A DNA stretch of 64,000 nucleotides, from IMG/VR virus record IMGVR_UViG_3300033148_007488, positions 1-64,000 of that record; one strand, given 5' to 3'. The position numbers and the translations under genes are program-made. The stretch comes from a virus. Its lineage: Duplodnaviria > Heunggongvirae > Uroviricota > Caudoviricetes. Positions 34,512-43,142 of the stretch are shown here, piece by piece. How positions within the stretch are numbered: the stretch's first letter is position 1; each line of letters opens with the position of its first letter. Under the pieces are notes generated by a model. It was given only the letters and a program-made list of their open reading frames with translations, did not search any database and had not been told where the DNA came from.

Positions 34512-34854
34512 CTTTTAATGGTGGGTTAAAGACACATATAAGAACTGTATCTTCTTCTGCTTTGAATTTATGGTCATCGTGTTTATCCAATATATAAACT
34601 GTATCAGGTGTTATCTCAAAATAGTCCCCATTCTCATTATTATATAGGTGTCCTTTACCTTTAATGCAATAGCATGTTTCAAGATGGTTTTTATAATGCC
34701 AATATTGCCATTCTCCTTTTGGGATCTCAGTTTTCGTTAATGAATATCCCATCCCATCTGATTCTAAAAGTATTCTGTTGCTGATAAATCCACCATTAGG
34801 GCAAAAAACTTGTCTATCTGTTCCTTTTAGATCTTTAATTTTTACGAATTTCAT
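34474..34854 (-). CDS. EctC-like cupin (ectoine synthase family).
   Basis: 'DRQVFCPNGGFISNRILLESDGMGYSLTKTEIPKGEWQYWHYKNHLETCYCIKGKGHL...ILDKHDDHKFKAEEDTVLICVFNPPLKGAEIHKADGSYA' parallels EctC as I remember it ('[58 protein letters not shown]...[39 protein letters not shown]'). Confidence 0.6.
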   Translation of the reverse strand: MKFVKIKDLKGTDRQVFCPNGGFISNRILLESDGMGYSLTKTEIPKGEWQYWHYKNHLETCYCIKGKGHLYNNENGDYFEITPDTVYILDKHDDHKFKAEEDTVLICVFNPPLKGAEIHKADGSYA

Positions 34855-34860
34855 ATTTAC

Positions 34861-36159
34861 CTATAATTTTTTATATTTTTCCATTATCGCCCGTTGTCGA
34901 ATTGCCTGTTCTTTTGTTGGTGCAAGTCCCATATATTTACAGGTGTGATCATTCTTTAGAATTGTTAAAGCAAAGCGTTTCCATGATGCTACGTCACCAT
35001 TATTACAGCTTAACATGTCCAAGTGGTCTGGAAACTTTCTTATTCTAATTCTAGTTAAATTTTTCCTGCCATGATGAGTAAGCCCATTCTCAAAAAACTC
35101 TATTTTATGTTCTTTTAATTCATTGATTATTTTTTCTGGTAGGCCACGCCCTGTCCTGCCCCAAACTTTGAACGATTGGACAAAGCGCATCTTAAAATTT
35201 TCAGCGACTTCCTTTGGCAGAGTGTCTAAAAGAAATTTAGTGAATGACTTCCAAGTATGACCATCAGGAAGTTTAAATGTTCTATAACTCAATTGTTTTC
35301 CATAAGTTGCAATAAAATTTGCACCTTGCACCCTGGCACATAATTTAGCCCATACATGAGGATCAATCACCCTATACAATCCAAGACTTGACTTTGACTC
35401 ACTCATAAATGGTGAAGCAACTCTCATGCTACCCACTGGAATGCCAGCTTTATAGAAAATGTCGTAAAGTTCGTTGTATTCCCATTCAAACTTTGCATTT
35501 GCCACCCAAATATCGTCAGTTTTCCAATCATATATAGGGTAGCAATTATAGACTGTTTTTGTATTTTTCTTAGTCCACATTTGACCTTTGAGAATTGTTT
35601 TTCTTGTATTCATGATAGCCCTGAACCTGTTTAGGCTTTCAGAAGTTCTAATCCCTATAAGGCATGCTGTTTGTTCTCCTTGCCCGTACCAATCACCAAA
35701 TTTATCCCAAAATTCATCGTAGTTCATGTCTTCATAAAAGAAATCAAATTTATGATTGTTAATGTTTACAATATAGTCATCTTTAGGCATTGGCTTAATC
35801 CATCTTTCTTTATCTCTTTCTCCCCAACATTGCCATTCAACAGCATAAGCACTTACCGTACATGGCAGTGTAATAGGTAGGCAACACCAATAAACATCAA
35901 GTAAGTCTAAATTGGCTCTGACAATAGAGTGCATGAAAGCAAGGGAATATTCATAATTTGCTTCATTATCTAATATCATGACACCTATCTTTTTAGTGAT
36001 ATTGTTTTTTCGCATGTAATCTATGAAAAGGTTGAGCATCACTCCACTGTCTTTTCCACCTGAAAAAGAGATATAAATTTTAGGAAAATTATCAAATATA
36101 AATTTTATTCTTTCTTGGCTTGCATCATAAACATTAATTTCTGTATTATATCTTCGCAT
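34861..36159 (-). CDS. PAPS-reductase/PP-loop ATP pyrophosphatase superfamily protein with a C-terminal extension (IbrA/DndC-like architecture).
   Basis: The PP-loop is 'IYISFSGGKDSGVML'. It is 432 aa, in an operon with a ParB-like gene, as in the ibrAB pairs described in E. coli and in phages. Confidence 0.6.
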   Translation of the reverse strand: MRRYNTEINVYDASQERIKFIFDNFPKIYISFSGGKDSGVMLNLFIDYMRKNNITKKIGVMILDNEANYEYSLAFMHSIVRANLDLLDVYWCCLPITLPCTVSAYAVEWQCWGERDKERWIKPMPKDDYIVNINNHKFDFFYEDMNYDEFWDKFGDWYGQGEQTACLIGIRTSESLNRFRAIMNTRKTILKGQMWTKKNTKTVYNCYPIYDWKTDDIWVANAKFEWEYNELYDIFYKAGIPVGSMRVASPFMSESKSSLGLYRVIDPHVWAKLCARVQGANFIATYGKQLSYRTFKLPDGHTWKSFTKFLLDTLPKEVAENFKMRFVQSFKVWGRTGRGLPEKIINELKEHKIEFFENGLTHHGRKNLTRIRIRKFPDHLDMLSCNNGDVASWKRFALTILKNDHTCKYMGLAPTKEQAIRQRAIMEKYKKL

Positions 36160-36394
36160 TTTTCTCCCTTTGTTCTATTTCAATTCGTTTTAATTCTGAA
36201 TACCATTTTGATTTTTTAGGTGTAAAACCTAAACTCTGCATCGAATGGTCATTTTTAAGGATTGCAAAACAAATTGCTTTATAAGAAGGAGCAATTCCAA
36301 GCTGCATCAATTTTTCTGGTACTTCATCAGGAATATCCTCTTTGTAGCCTCTTTTTTTCCAAATGTTTAGATATTTTTTTGCTTTTGTTATCAT
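36146..36394 (-). CDS. Hypothetical small protein.
   Basis: ORF of 82 aa. It overlaps both neighbours, so the exact start is uncertain. Confidence 0.35.
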   Translation of the reverse strand: MITKAKKYLNIWKKRGYKEDIPDEVPEKLMQLGIAPSYKAICFAILKNDHSMQSLGFTPKKSKWYSELKRIEIEQREKNAKI

Positions 36395-36755
36395 GTATTT
36401 CTTTCCAGATAGTGTAATATTTTAATGCCATTGTATCCGCTTCATTCTGTTCTTTTATAGATAGGAGCTTAAAGCCTCCTCTTGCTTCTGATGGCAAACC
36501 TTTAGCATATGCGGCAGAAGCCTGTCCTAGCCATGCTATTTTGTTTAGGCTTTTATTACTCAAAAAATGTTCACACGAGTAAGTCCATTCATTGATAACA
36601 CATTCTAAAGCTGTTTCGAATTGCCATAGGCAAGATAGGAAAATCTTATATTCTTGTTGTGCATATTCTTTAGTCATTTTTAGATCAGCACAACTATCGT
36701 AAAATCCATCTTTATAACATTCCCATTTATGCCAAGGGTGCCAGATCTTTTTCAT
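36327..36755 (-). CDS. Hypothetical Cys/Trp-rich protein.
   Basis: ORF of 142 aa. The start is coupled to the upstream ParB-like stop. Confidence 0.45.
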   Translation of the reverse strand: MKKIWHPWHKWECYKDGFYDSCADLKMTKEYAQQEYKIFLSCLWQFETALECVINEWTYSCEHFLSNKSLNKIAWLGQASAAYAKGLPSEARGGFKLLSIKEQNEADTMALKYYTIWKEIHDNKSKKISKHLEKKRLQRGYS

Positions 36756-37555
36756 TCTGCTTGTTCTAAAAAGTCTTCTCTATTTTCGTAATCATCTTCT
36801 GTGTCAGCTTCCCAACTGTCAGAAAAATCTTTATTGTCAAACAATGCAGCTACACCAGTGATTTGCTTAAGCCTTAAAAGCTCATCTATGCTCATTCCAA
36901 TATGCTTGCAGATCCACCTATCCCCTTTGCCCATCTCAACTAATTCAGCAACGATTGTACTCATTAATTCAACATTATGAGTACCCCTAGCTCTATTGTG
37001 CCGAATAGTTGAAGCAATTCTATCACCTTTGCCCTCTCTCTCTTGATTAATATTAACAATTGGCAGATAACCAAGAATTCTTTTTTTTACTCCATCATTC
37101 TCTTTCCCAACTCTATTACGGTGAAATCCATCAACGACCTCTATATCTTTAGGTTTAGCCCATGCTACAATTGGTTGAGTATATCCGTCTTCAAGTATAG
37201 ACTGACTAAGTAACTCCATTTCAGGAGGGGCTACGGCATTGGGATTATAATCATTAGCATGAACATATTCTGATTTTTCCCATACTACACAATCTACAGG
37301 TTCATTTTTGAAAGGGCTGATTGAGTGCAATTCTTTTTTGACAGTATTTAAAGACTCAATTTTATCGTCCAATGGCATTGATTCTATAAGTTCACTAATA
37401 TTAGATATTAATTCTTTAAGATATCCGTTTTTTTCGGTTTTTTCCATTCTTTCTATTTTTAAAAAAGTATTTATTATTTTACTCATTATTAATCCTATTT
37501 TGCAGTTAACAAGGTTGCGGTATCCAATATCTTCTTTTCTTGATTGTCGAGCCAT
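36752..37555 (-). CDS. ParB-like nuclease domain protein (IbrB-like).
   Basis: 'YTQPIVAWAKPKDIEVVDGFHRNRV' fits the ParB/Srx pattern G.Piv......y.vvDG.HR..a. It is the first gene of the minus-strand operon that ends at 33801. Confidence 0.55.
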   Translation of the reverse strand: MARQSRKEDIGYRNLVNCKIGLIMSKIINTFLKIERMEKTEKNGYLKELISNISELIESMPLDDKIESLNTVKKELHSISPFKNEPVDCVVWEKSEYVHANDYNPNAVAPPEMELLSQSILEDGYTQPIVAWAKPKDIEVVDGFHRNRVGKENDGVKKRILGYLPIVNINQEREGKGDRIASTIRHNRARGTHNVELMSTIVAELVEMGKGDRWICKHIGMSIDELLRLKQITGVAALFDNKDFSDSWEADTEDDYENREDFLEQAE

Positions 37556-37845
37556 TTTGCGAAGGTCTCTGCGGTATCGAAAGGGTATTCAGAGTTCCAT
37601 TCAAATTGTTTAACAATTATTTTAAAACTCCCAAATTTGTAAGTGATGATAAATGTTTTTACATCATATTCTGAATTAACAATGTGTGAATTAAAAAGAG
37701 TATCATAACTCAGATAATGCAAAATTTCACAGATTGTATTTGTTTTCTCTCCTCTTACATCTTTTAGGCAATCTTCAATTGAATACCCATTAGCGCACTG
37801 GAAGGTGCTTTTATATGCGAATCTTATCTTTTCTTCGAGTGTCAT
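37495..37845 (-). CDS. Hypothetical protein.
   Basis: ORF of 116 aa. Confidence 0.45.
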   Translation of the reverse strand: MTLEEKIRFAYKSTFQCANGYSIEDCLKDVRGEKTNTICEILHYLSYDTLFNSHIVNSEYDVKTFIITYKFGSFKIIVKQFEWNSEYPFDTAETFAKWLDNQEKKILDTATLLTAK

Positions 37846-38588
37846 TTTGATTCAATTTCCTGATAGTTATTTTTTATTCTATCCCAGACTCTAGTCTGAC
37901 CTTTTCCGGTGATTAAGGTTCTCTTACTGATGCGGTCTTTTTCGTTTTTGTCTTGGAATGAATATTCATCCACTTCAAACCATTTATAGGTTAGATATTG
38001 TTGGTAAGGTAGATTGTTTTGCAGAAGTAGCCTTGCGTCTCTCATATCACGATAAAGCCTGTTTCTGCCTGTCTGATATCCTTTTTTACATAGAATCTTA
38101 GCAAACTCTTCTATTGTGACTGTACCTTCTGAATATCTGATTGATTCTGCGAATTTTATTTTAGGCTGGTCTTTTTCAATTTTTATATTTAGCCTTCTGT
38201 TCACTTCAAGTACGGCCAACTTTTTAAGCTCTGTGTCTCTGAGCATGTCTATAAGTTCTAACCTTGTTAATTCTTTTGGTGGCTCTTTGATCAGTTTCTT
38301 TTCGCATTCAATAAAATACTTTCTGGCCTGCCTGCCTTTATCGTTCCTCTCAACCATTGACAATTCCTTTGCCATGTCAAGAGTTAGATGGTAATCAATA
38401 GCGGTTCCCCCGTTTTGGGGAATCGATTTTAAGACCATATAATCAATATTTTCTTCAAAATCATATTGTTCGATTCTTCCTTTTACCCATGTTGAAAAAT
38501 CTTTACCAATTTCTAAAAAGGAATGCAGGTCTCTTGCGTTAACTGTTTTAATGCCTTCTGAACTTGTTTCAATTTTTATCAATTCCAT
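37842..38588 (-). CDS. Phage antirepressor (AntA-like N-terminal domain plus KilA-C/ORF6C C-terminal domain).
   Basis: The N-terminal part is 'NARDLHSFLEIGKDFSTWVKGRIEQYDFEENIDY' (AntA pattern ardLh..L.....fs.W.k.ri..y.f.e..Df). The C-terminal part is 'IEEFAKILCKKGYQTGRNRLYRDMRDARLL' (KilAC). Confidence 0.6.
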   Translation of the reverse strand: MELIKIETSSEGIKTVNARDLHSFLEIGKDFSTWVKGRIEQYDFEENIDYMVLKSIPQNGGTAIDYHLTLDMAKELSMVERNDKGRQARKYFIECEKKLIKEPPKELTRLELIDMLRDTELKKLAVLEVNRRLNIKIEKDQPKIKFAESIRYSEGTVTIEEFAKILCKKGYQTGRNRLYRDMRDARLLLQNNLPYQQYLTYKWFEVDEYSFQDKNEKDRISKRTLITGKGQTRVWDRIKNNYQEIESK

Positions 38589-38733
38589 TTTTTATACTCC
38601 TCTCTATTTTTGATAGATACAGGCCAATTGCTCTGCGCACAGCTTCAGACATTGGAACGCCTGATTTTTTGCTGTATTTTTTCAACTGCTCAATCTGTTC
38701 ATCTTCTAAAAAGAAATTCATTTTTGATTTCAT
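38569..38733 (-). CDS. Arc/CopG-like ribbon-helix-helix repressor (54 aa: MKSKMNFFLEDEQIEQLKKYSKKSGVPMSEAVRRAIGLYLSKIERSIKNGIDKN).
   Basis: I translated it by hand; it is below the track cutoff. It has the classic RHH layout and overlaps the start of the downstream antirepressor gene by 20 nt. This is the same arc-ant arrangement as P22 immI. Confidence 0.45.
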   Translation of the reverse strand: MKSKMNFFLEDEQIEQLKKYSKKSGVPMSEAVRRAIGLYLSKIERSIKNGIDKN

Positions 38734-38772
38734 GGTGTAATCCTACATATACGTAATTATATTTGTAAACAG

Positions 38773-38928
38773 TTATTTTTTATTTTTTGCATTTAAACAT
38801 ATACGAGGAGTCTCGCAATGAAATCTTTCACCTTCACACTCAACCCATGAGCCGGATTCGTATTTAATACAGTTTTTGCATTTCACAGTTGGGACGAAAG
38901 GAACTGTTTGTTTTGATTTTTTAGCCAT
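38773..38928 (-). CDS. Possible 51-aa Cys-rich zinc-ribbon peptide (MAKKSKQTVPFVPTVKCKNCIKYESGSWVECEGERFHCETPRICLNAKNKK).
   Basis: I translated it by hand. It has CxxC...C...C and begins 3 nt after the upstream stop. Confidence 0.3.
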   Translation of the reverse strand: MAKKSKQTVPFVPTVKCKNCIKYESGSWVECEGERFHCETPRICLNAKNKK

Positions 38929-38933
38929 TTAAT

Positions 38934-39200
38934 CTATTTATAAGGTTTATACTCAGATATTTTTATTGCGTCTTCTTTTGACAATCCACGACCGATATAT
39001 TTTATTGGTTCACGGTAAAAACAACTCAAATATTCAGGTAGTTCATCTGGTATATTCTCACAATTCCAAAACAACCATTGTTCATTAAGGCTTTGTGGTG
39101 TTGCATGTTGATATGTTATTCCACGACTTTTCATTACTGTTTGTGGATGATCCATTTCACCTAAATAGTAAGCCTTCATCATGCTGAATCTTAAGTGCAT
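38934..39200 (-). CDS. Hypothetical small protein.
   Basis: ORF of 88 aa. Confidence 0.4.
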   Translation of the reverse strand: MHLRFSMMKAYYLGEMDHPQTVMKSRGITYQHATPQSLNEQWLFWNCENIPDELPEYLSCFYREPIKYIGRGLSKEDAIKISEYKPYK

Positions 39201-39224
39201 CTTATCCTTTTATTGAATTATTAG

Positions 39225-39443
39225 TTAATCAGCTTCCATAAATAAAGCCCACGATTTAACGTATCCATTAAACATGTCGTTCGGTTGTTCTTCATAGCAA
39301 AAATTTTTACCATCCCAATGTGCTATCTGATACTCTTTAGAACACCAATCGGGGCAATAACAAATTACGACTCTACCGATACTTGGTTTTATGTTTGATT
39401 TTATGTCTATCCAGTTCATTATCATCTCCTTAATTATTAACAA
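39225..39443 (-). CDS. Hypothetical small Cys-containing protein.
   Basis: ORF of 72 aa. Confidence 0.4.
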   Translation of the reverse strand: MLIIKEMIMNWIDIKSNIKPSIGRVVICYCPDWCSKEYQIAHWDGKNFCYEEQPNDMFNGYVKSWALFMEAD

Positions 39444-39697
39444 TCTTTAGGGCTTAAAACACATTTGAATTCTGAAACATTCCCATCATTCCACCATGCA
39501 TCTCCAAATTGGTTATGATGATCTGGTAGCTTATATGGGTTATCAGCCTGAATTTCATATATCACGGCTCTATGGACTTTCATTGCCCATGCCATGGCAG
39601 CTTGTAGAGTTGTAAATCCTCTGACTGGGCTTTTTATATGACCAGTCTTCCGGTATGCTTTGGCTTTCTTTTCTGTTGTTGCGTGGTATAGTTTCAT
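39437..39697 (-). CDS. Hypothetical small protein.
   Basis: ORF of 86 aa. It overlaps the downstream gene by 7 nt. Confidence 0.4.
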   Translation of the reverse strand: MKLYHATTEKKAKAYRKTGHIKSPVRGFTTLQAAMAWAMKVHRAVIYEIQADNPYKLPDHHNQFGDAWWNDGNVSEFKCVLSPKDC

Positions 39698-39837
39698 CCT
39701 TCATGAGCCATCTGATCGTGTGAACCGCACTTGCTGGAACAGTACTTGTTTGTTTTTTGATTAACAAATTTATTATATCCATTCCAATCTTGAAATATAA
39801 TTTTACATTCAACGGATTTGTTTTTATGGTAGAGTGT

Positions 39838-40539
39838 TTATTGGCCTGATTTGGCTGAATAGAGAAAATACTTGATGTCTCTAAGTGCAATTGAGATTTC
39901 TTTTTCATGCCAGTCTGGTTTATCAAGCCTTTGGTTTGATTGACTGTACGCATAGTGTGAATATGAAAAGCAATGCCCAATATCTCTTGCATCGCCGTAC
40001 CCAAAATTAAAATTGAAGTCTCTGTATGTCTGAATGGATGGAATATCAACGTCTCTATGATCGTGACATTCGCTACCTTTTTTCTTTTGTCGTGCCCAAA
40101 CTCTTCTACATAGAAATTTAGTACGGAAAGAATTTTCTTCAAATATGAAAATCAGGGTACTATCATCCCTACACACACAATGGTTAGTTGCTATTATTAC
40201 CTTGAGCCCTTTTATTTTCTCAACCCAAATATCACCGTCCAAATCACCAACACTAATTGAATTTTTACGGCTAAAGTGTTTTCCTTTTTCCAGAATTTGA
40301 TACAGCTCAAGAAAAGCAGGGATATGGTCTTGAACTAACCGACCGTAGAATTTGGATTTTGCACACTCTAAAAGAAGGTCTCCCATTCCGTCGCAACCTT
40401 TTCCAGTTTCTTCATGAGTATACATTTCATAAAGTTGATCTCCTAATTTGTCACATCTTTCTTGGAATTCCATCTTGTCCTTTGAGTTTATAATATGCGA
40501 TTTCAGCCAACTTCCAGATATCAGATTCAGAAGGAGCAA
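39838..40539 (-). CDS. Hypothetical Cys/His-rich protein (possible nuclease or zinc-binding).
   Basis: ORF of 233 aa with CHDHRD and HCVCRDD motifs. I cannot assign a family confidently. Confidence 0.4.
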   Translation of the reverse strand: MLLLNLISGSWLKSHIINSKDKMEFQERCDKLGDQLYEMYTHEETGKGCDGMGDLLLECAKSKFYGRLVQDHIPAFLELYQILEKGKHFSRKNSISVGDLDGDIWVEKIKGLKVIIATNHCVCRDDSTLIFIFEENSFRTKFLCRRVWARQKKKGSECHDHRDVDIPSIQTYRDFNFNFGYGDARDIGHCFSYSHYAYSQSNQRLDKPDWHEKEISIALRDIKYFLYSAKSGQ

Positions 40540-40623
40540 GCCCTTTTTTCTTGCACCAATCCATCATGAAAAACCATTTTTCTTCCACCTTCTCCCCTGT
40601 CTTTTATCTATCCTATAGTATAG

Positions 40624-40860
40624 TTATTTTTCCAAACAAGCCCCAATAGCTTCATAAAGTCTAACTCTGGGGAATTTATCAGTGCCTACATTCTCACAAC
40701 TTTTAAGTGCATCTACACACTTACTTTTAATATCCTTTTCTTGATTCTTGAATGCTGAAACCAACACGCACTGTAGAACAGCTTTTTTCTGTCCTTCAGA
40801 ATTGTAATCTTCATTTTCCCACTCGTTGATTAATTCTAATGCTAGCGTGTCGTAATCCAT
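40624..40860 (-). CDS. Hypothetical small acidic protein.
   Basis: ORF of 78 aa. Confidence 0.45.
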   Translation of the reverse strand: MDYDTLALELINEWENEDYNSEGQKKAVLQCVLVSAFKNQEKDIKSKCVDALKSCENVGTDKFPRVRLYEAIGACLEK

Positions 40861-40862
40861 AT

Positions 40863-41690
40863 CTATCCTGTAGTGTTGATTTTATAAGGAACAAGATCAG
40901 TGTTTTTCAACCTATTTGATATATACACTTGACCTTTTCCGGTAACAGTTATTTTAGTGCATAGTTTATTGATCACTTCGCCTGTCTCATCCTTTATGAC
41001 TTCTTTGCTAAATTCATCATATTTAAACCATCCTGAATTGACCGCACTTTGATATGGAATGTTTTTCCGATTACTAATGAATATCAGTTTTAGTTCTCTG
41101 AGTTTTTTAAATAGGTTATTTTGCCCGATCATATAACCATTCTTACTAAGGATTTTTGAAAATTCTCCAATAGAGATCGCATCATTTGATTCTTGAATTT
41201 TACCAGCGAATTCAACTAAAGGTTTGTCTGCCTCAATTTTCTCTTGAAGCTTTTCTTTTTCTTCAACCTCATAGAGCAAAGCTTTCAACGCTTCTCTGTA
41301 GTTTTGGGGCAGTTTTAATTCTTCTTGAGATACCTTTTTCCCAAACCAATAGCCGTGGAGAACATGAAAACATTCTTCTTGATACTCTTCAACCTTCTTT
41401 CTTGTTTTATTATTCTTTATGTTGTTCGGGTTGACAGTAAAAAGCCATCCATTCAATTTCCTGATAGGAATACACCCCATATTTCTTAATCTTCCATCAC
41501 CGGCAACTATGGCGATATCCCCATAGTCGAACTTTTTACTATTAGACTTTAGCCTTGAAGACTGAGAGGACCAATCCAAACCCATATTTTCAACAACTGA
41601 CTTCATGGCAACATAAATTCCTTTTTCGGTCCTCACCGTTTGAATTTGGTCACCATGAAAACCAATTAGTACTTGTTCTTTTAATGACAT
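40863..41690 (-). CDS. Second antirepressor-like protein (N-terminal Ant/Bro-type domain plus C-terminal KilA-C).
   Basis: The C-terminal 'ISIGEFSKILSKNGYMIGQNNLFKKLRELKLIF' parallels the KilAC region of 37842..38588. The N-terminal 'LIGFHGDQIQTVRTEKGIYVAMKSVVENMGLDW' is antirepressor-N-like. Confidence 0.5.
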   Translation of the reverse strand: MSLKEQVLIGFHGDQIQTVRTEKGIYVAMKSVVENMGLDWSSQSSRLKSNSKKFDYGDIAIVAGDGRLRNMGCIPIRKLNGWLFTVNPNNIKNNKTRKKVEEYQEECFHVLHGYWFGKKVSQEELKLPQNYREALKALLYEVEEKEKLQEKIEADKPLVEFAGKIQESNDAISIGEFSKILSKNGYMIGQNNLFKKLRELKLIFISNRKNIPYQSAVNSGWFKYDEFSKEVIKDETGEVINKLCTKITVTGKGQVYISNRLKNTDLVPYKINTTG

Positions 41691-41697
41691 ATCATTC

Positions 41698-41979
41698 CTA
41701 TAAAATATTATCCTTATCGAAGTCTTTTGAAGCTTTTATAAACCAATTGCTGATTGGGTTTGCCCCTTGTTCCCAAGATCTGGCAGTCCTTTCGGAAAAT
41801 CCAAATTGGTTACACATTAAAGCCCTTGATTTGGTAATTGTTTTTTCAGGAAAGTAATGTCTCCTGAATTTATTTAGCTGTTCTTTTGTCATATCGTGAT
41901 AATATTTTATGTGACATTCAATGTCAATTAAATTATCGAACTTATGGGGAAACCCCAGCAGTTCAAAAACACCTTGCAA
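41698..41979 (-). CDS. Hypothetical protein.
   Basis: ORF of 93 aa. Confidence 0.45.
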   Translation of the reverse strand: MQGVFELLGFPHKFDNLIDIECHIKYYHDMTKEQLNKFRRHYFPEKTITKSRALMCNQFGFSERTARSWEQGANPISNWFIKASKDFDKDNIL

Positions 41980-42071
41980 ATATCCACTACAAATGAGATA
42001 TTAAAACCTCATCATCTCCAGTGGTGTTCAAAGTGAGTCTTTAACTTCTTCCTCAAAGGCTCACTTCCTAC

Positions 42072-42332
42072 TTAAAATTCTTCTACAGTTACCCCATAAA
42101 TAGCTATAATACGGCTTTCAATAGCCAGCTTTATCTCTTCAGGAGCATGATATTTTACTTTTATGTTAGTCATGTAAGGAACGTTTTGATTCATCATAGC
42201 TTCATATTCAATATCTGGAAATTCTTTAGCCATGATATGAGGAATTGTTATTTTGCTTGGATCATCTGGATAAGGCGTAGATTGTAATAACTTAATCTTT
42301 TCTTGCCACTTTTCTTTATAAGTCTCTTCCAT
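42072..42332 (-). CDS. Hypothetical small protein.
   Basis: The start is probably at 42332 (MEETYKEK..), preceded by GAGG. The track ORF is extended upstream to 42449 and overlaps the next gene. Confidence 0.4.
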   Translation of the reverse strand: MEETYKEKWQEKIKLLQSTPYPDDPSKITIPHIMAKEFPDIEYEAMMNQNVPYMTNIKVKYHAPEEIKLAIESRIIAIYGVTVEEF

Positions 42333-42543
42333 TTTCATCCTCAATCTCAAGATCAGAAGGAACCCCATCATTTTGAAAATGGAAGGTTTCTGCAACAGGT
42401 GATGTAAAGGGGGAAGCGTTAAGACTGGCAACCATCTCATCTTCAGCACGTTCTCTGGCTATTTTAAGGGCTTCCTCTGGTGAATCAGCTTCAACTTCTG
42501 TCCAGCAACTAACTGTCATTATGCCTGTAATTCCGTATTTCAT
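42316..42543 (-). CDS. Hypothetical small acidic protein.
   Basis: ORF of 75 aa. Confidence 0.45.
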   Translation of the reverse strand: MKYGITGIMTVSCWTEVEADSPEEALKIARERAEDEMVASLNASPFTSPVAETFHFQNDGVPSDLEIEDENGRDL

Positions 42544-43142
42544 TATTCCTCAATCAAATATTGTTTTCCTTTCAAAGACTCAATCCCTAACTGAGTCACG
42601 GTATGAGTAACTAAAGCGTCAACATCTGCCTTTGCTTCTGTAACAACTTTGTCCATCTCTTCTTTAAATACTTTATCAACAAATGGGATGTTTGAAGCAA
42701 AATGAGATCTTAATGTCCTGATTTGCGAATCTAAACCATCTTTTGCTTTTTTAGATAATTTTAGGGTTTTAGCTGTTTTTTGCAATTCTAATAGTCGTTC
42801 ATCCAATTCAGAAAGGATTTCTTTGAGATAATCATCACCTCTTTTTCTTGCGTTATCTCTTTTTTGGAATGGCTCAACATCATTTCTGCCCTGAATCCGT
42901 TTAATGGTACATGGAACACCTGAGCCAACATTCATCGTAGTCAAAAGTTCAGAAAATTGGTTAGGTGTTAAGTAAACCTCAATCAGTTGTTTCTTTGCAA
43001 AAACTCTTTCAGATCCATATTCATCCTCAACTCCAGCCGTGTTGATTCTTAGAGCAACGCAAGTATTAACTGGTATCTTGCTTGCAAATAAATCAAAATC
43101 GCCCTGTATCCTGCTTAGTTGTACCGTTCCGTATGGCTTCAT
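42543..43142 (-). CDS. Hypothetical protein.
   Basis: ORF of 199 aa. Confidence 0.5.
   Translation of the reverse strand: MKPYGTVQLSRIQGDFDLFASKIPVNTCVALRINTAGVEDEYGSERVFAKKQLIEVYLTPNQFSELLTTMNVGSGVPCTIKRIQGRNDVEPFQKRDNARKRGDDYLKEILSELDERLLELQKTAKTLKLSKKAKDGLDSQIRTLRSHFASNIPFVDKVFKEEMDKVVTEAKADVDALVTHTVTQLGIESLKGKQYLIEE

Noticed and set aside
39570-40142. 190-aa minus-strand ORF.
   Set aside because: It overlaps both 39437..39697 and 39838..40539 out of frame and has low-complexity composition. It is a shadow ORF.
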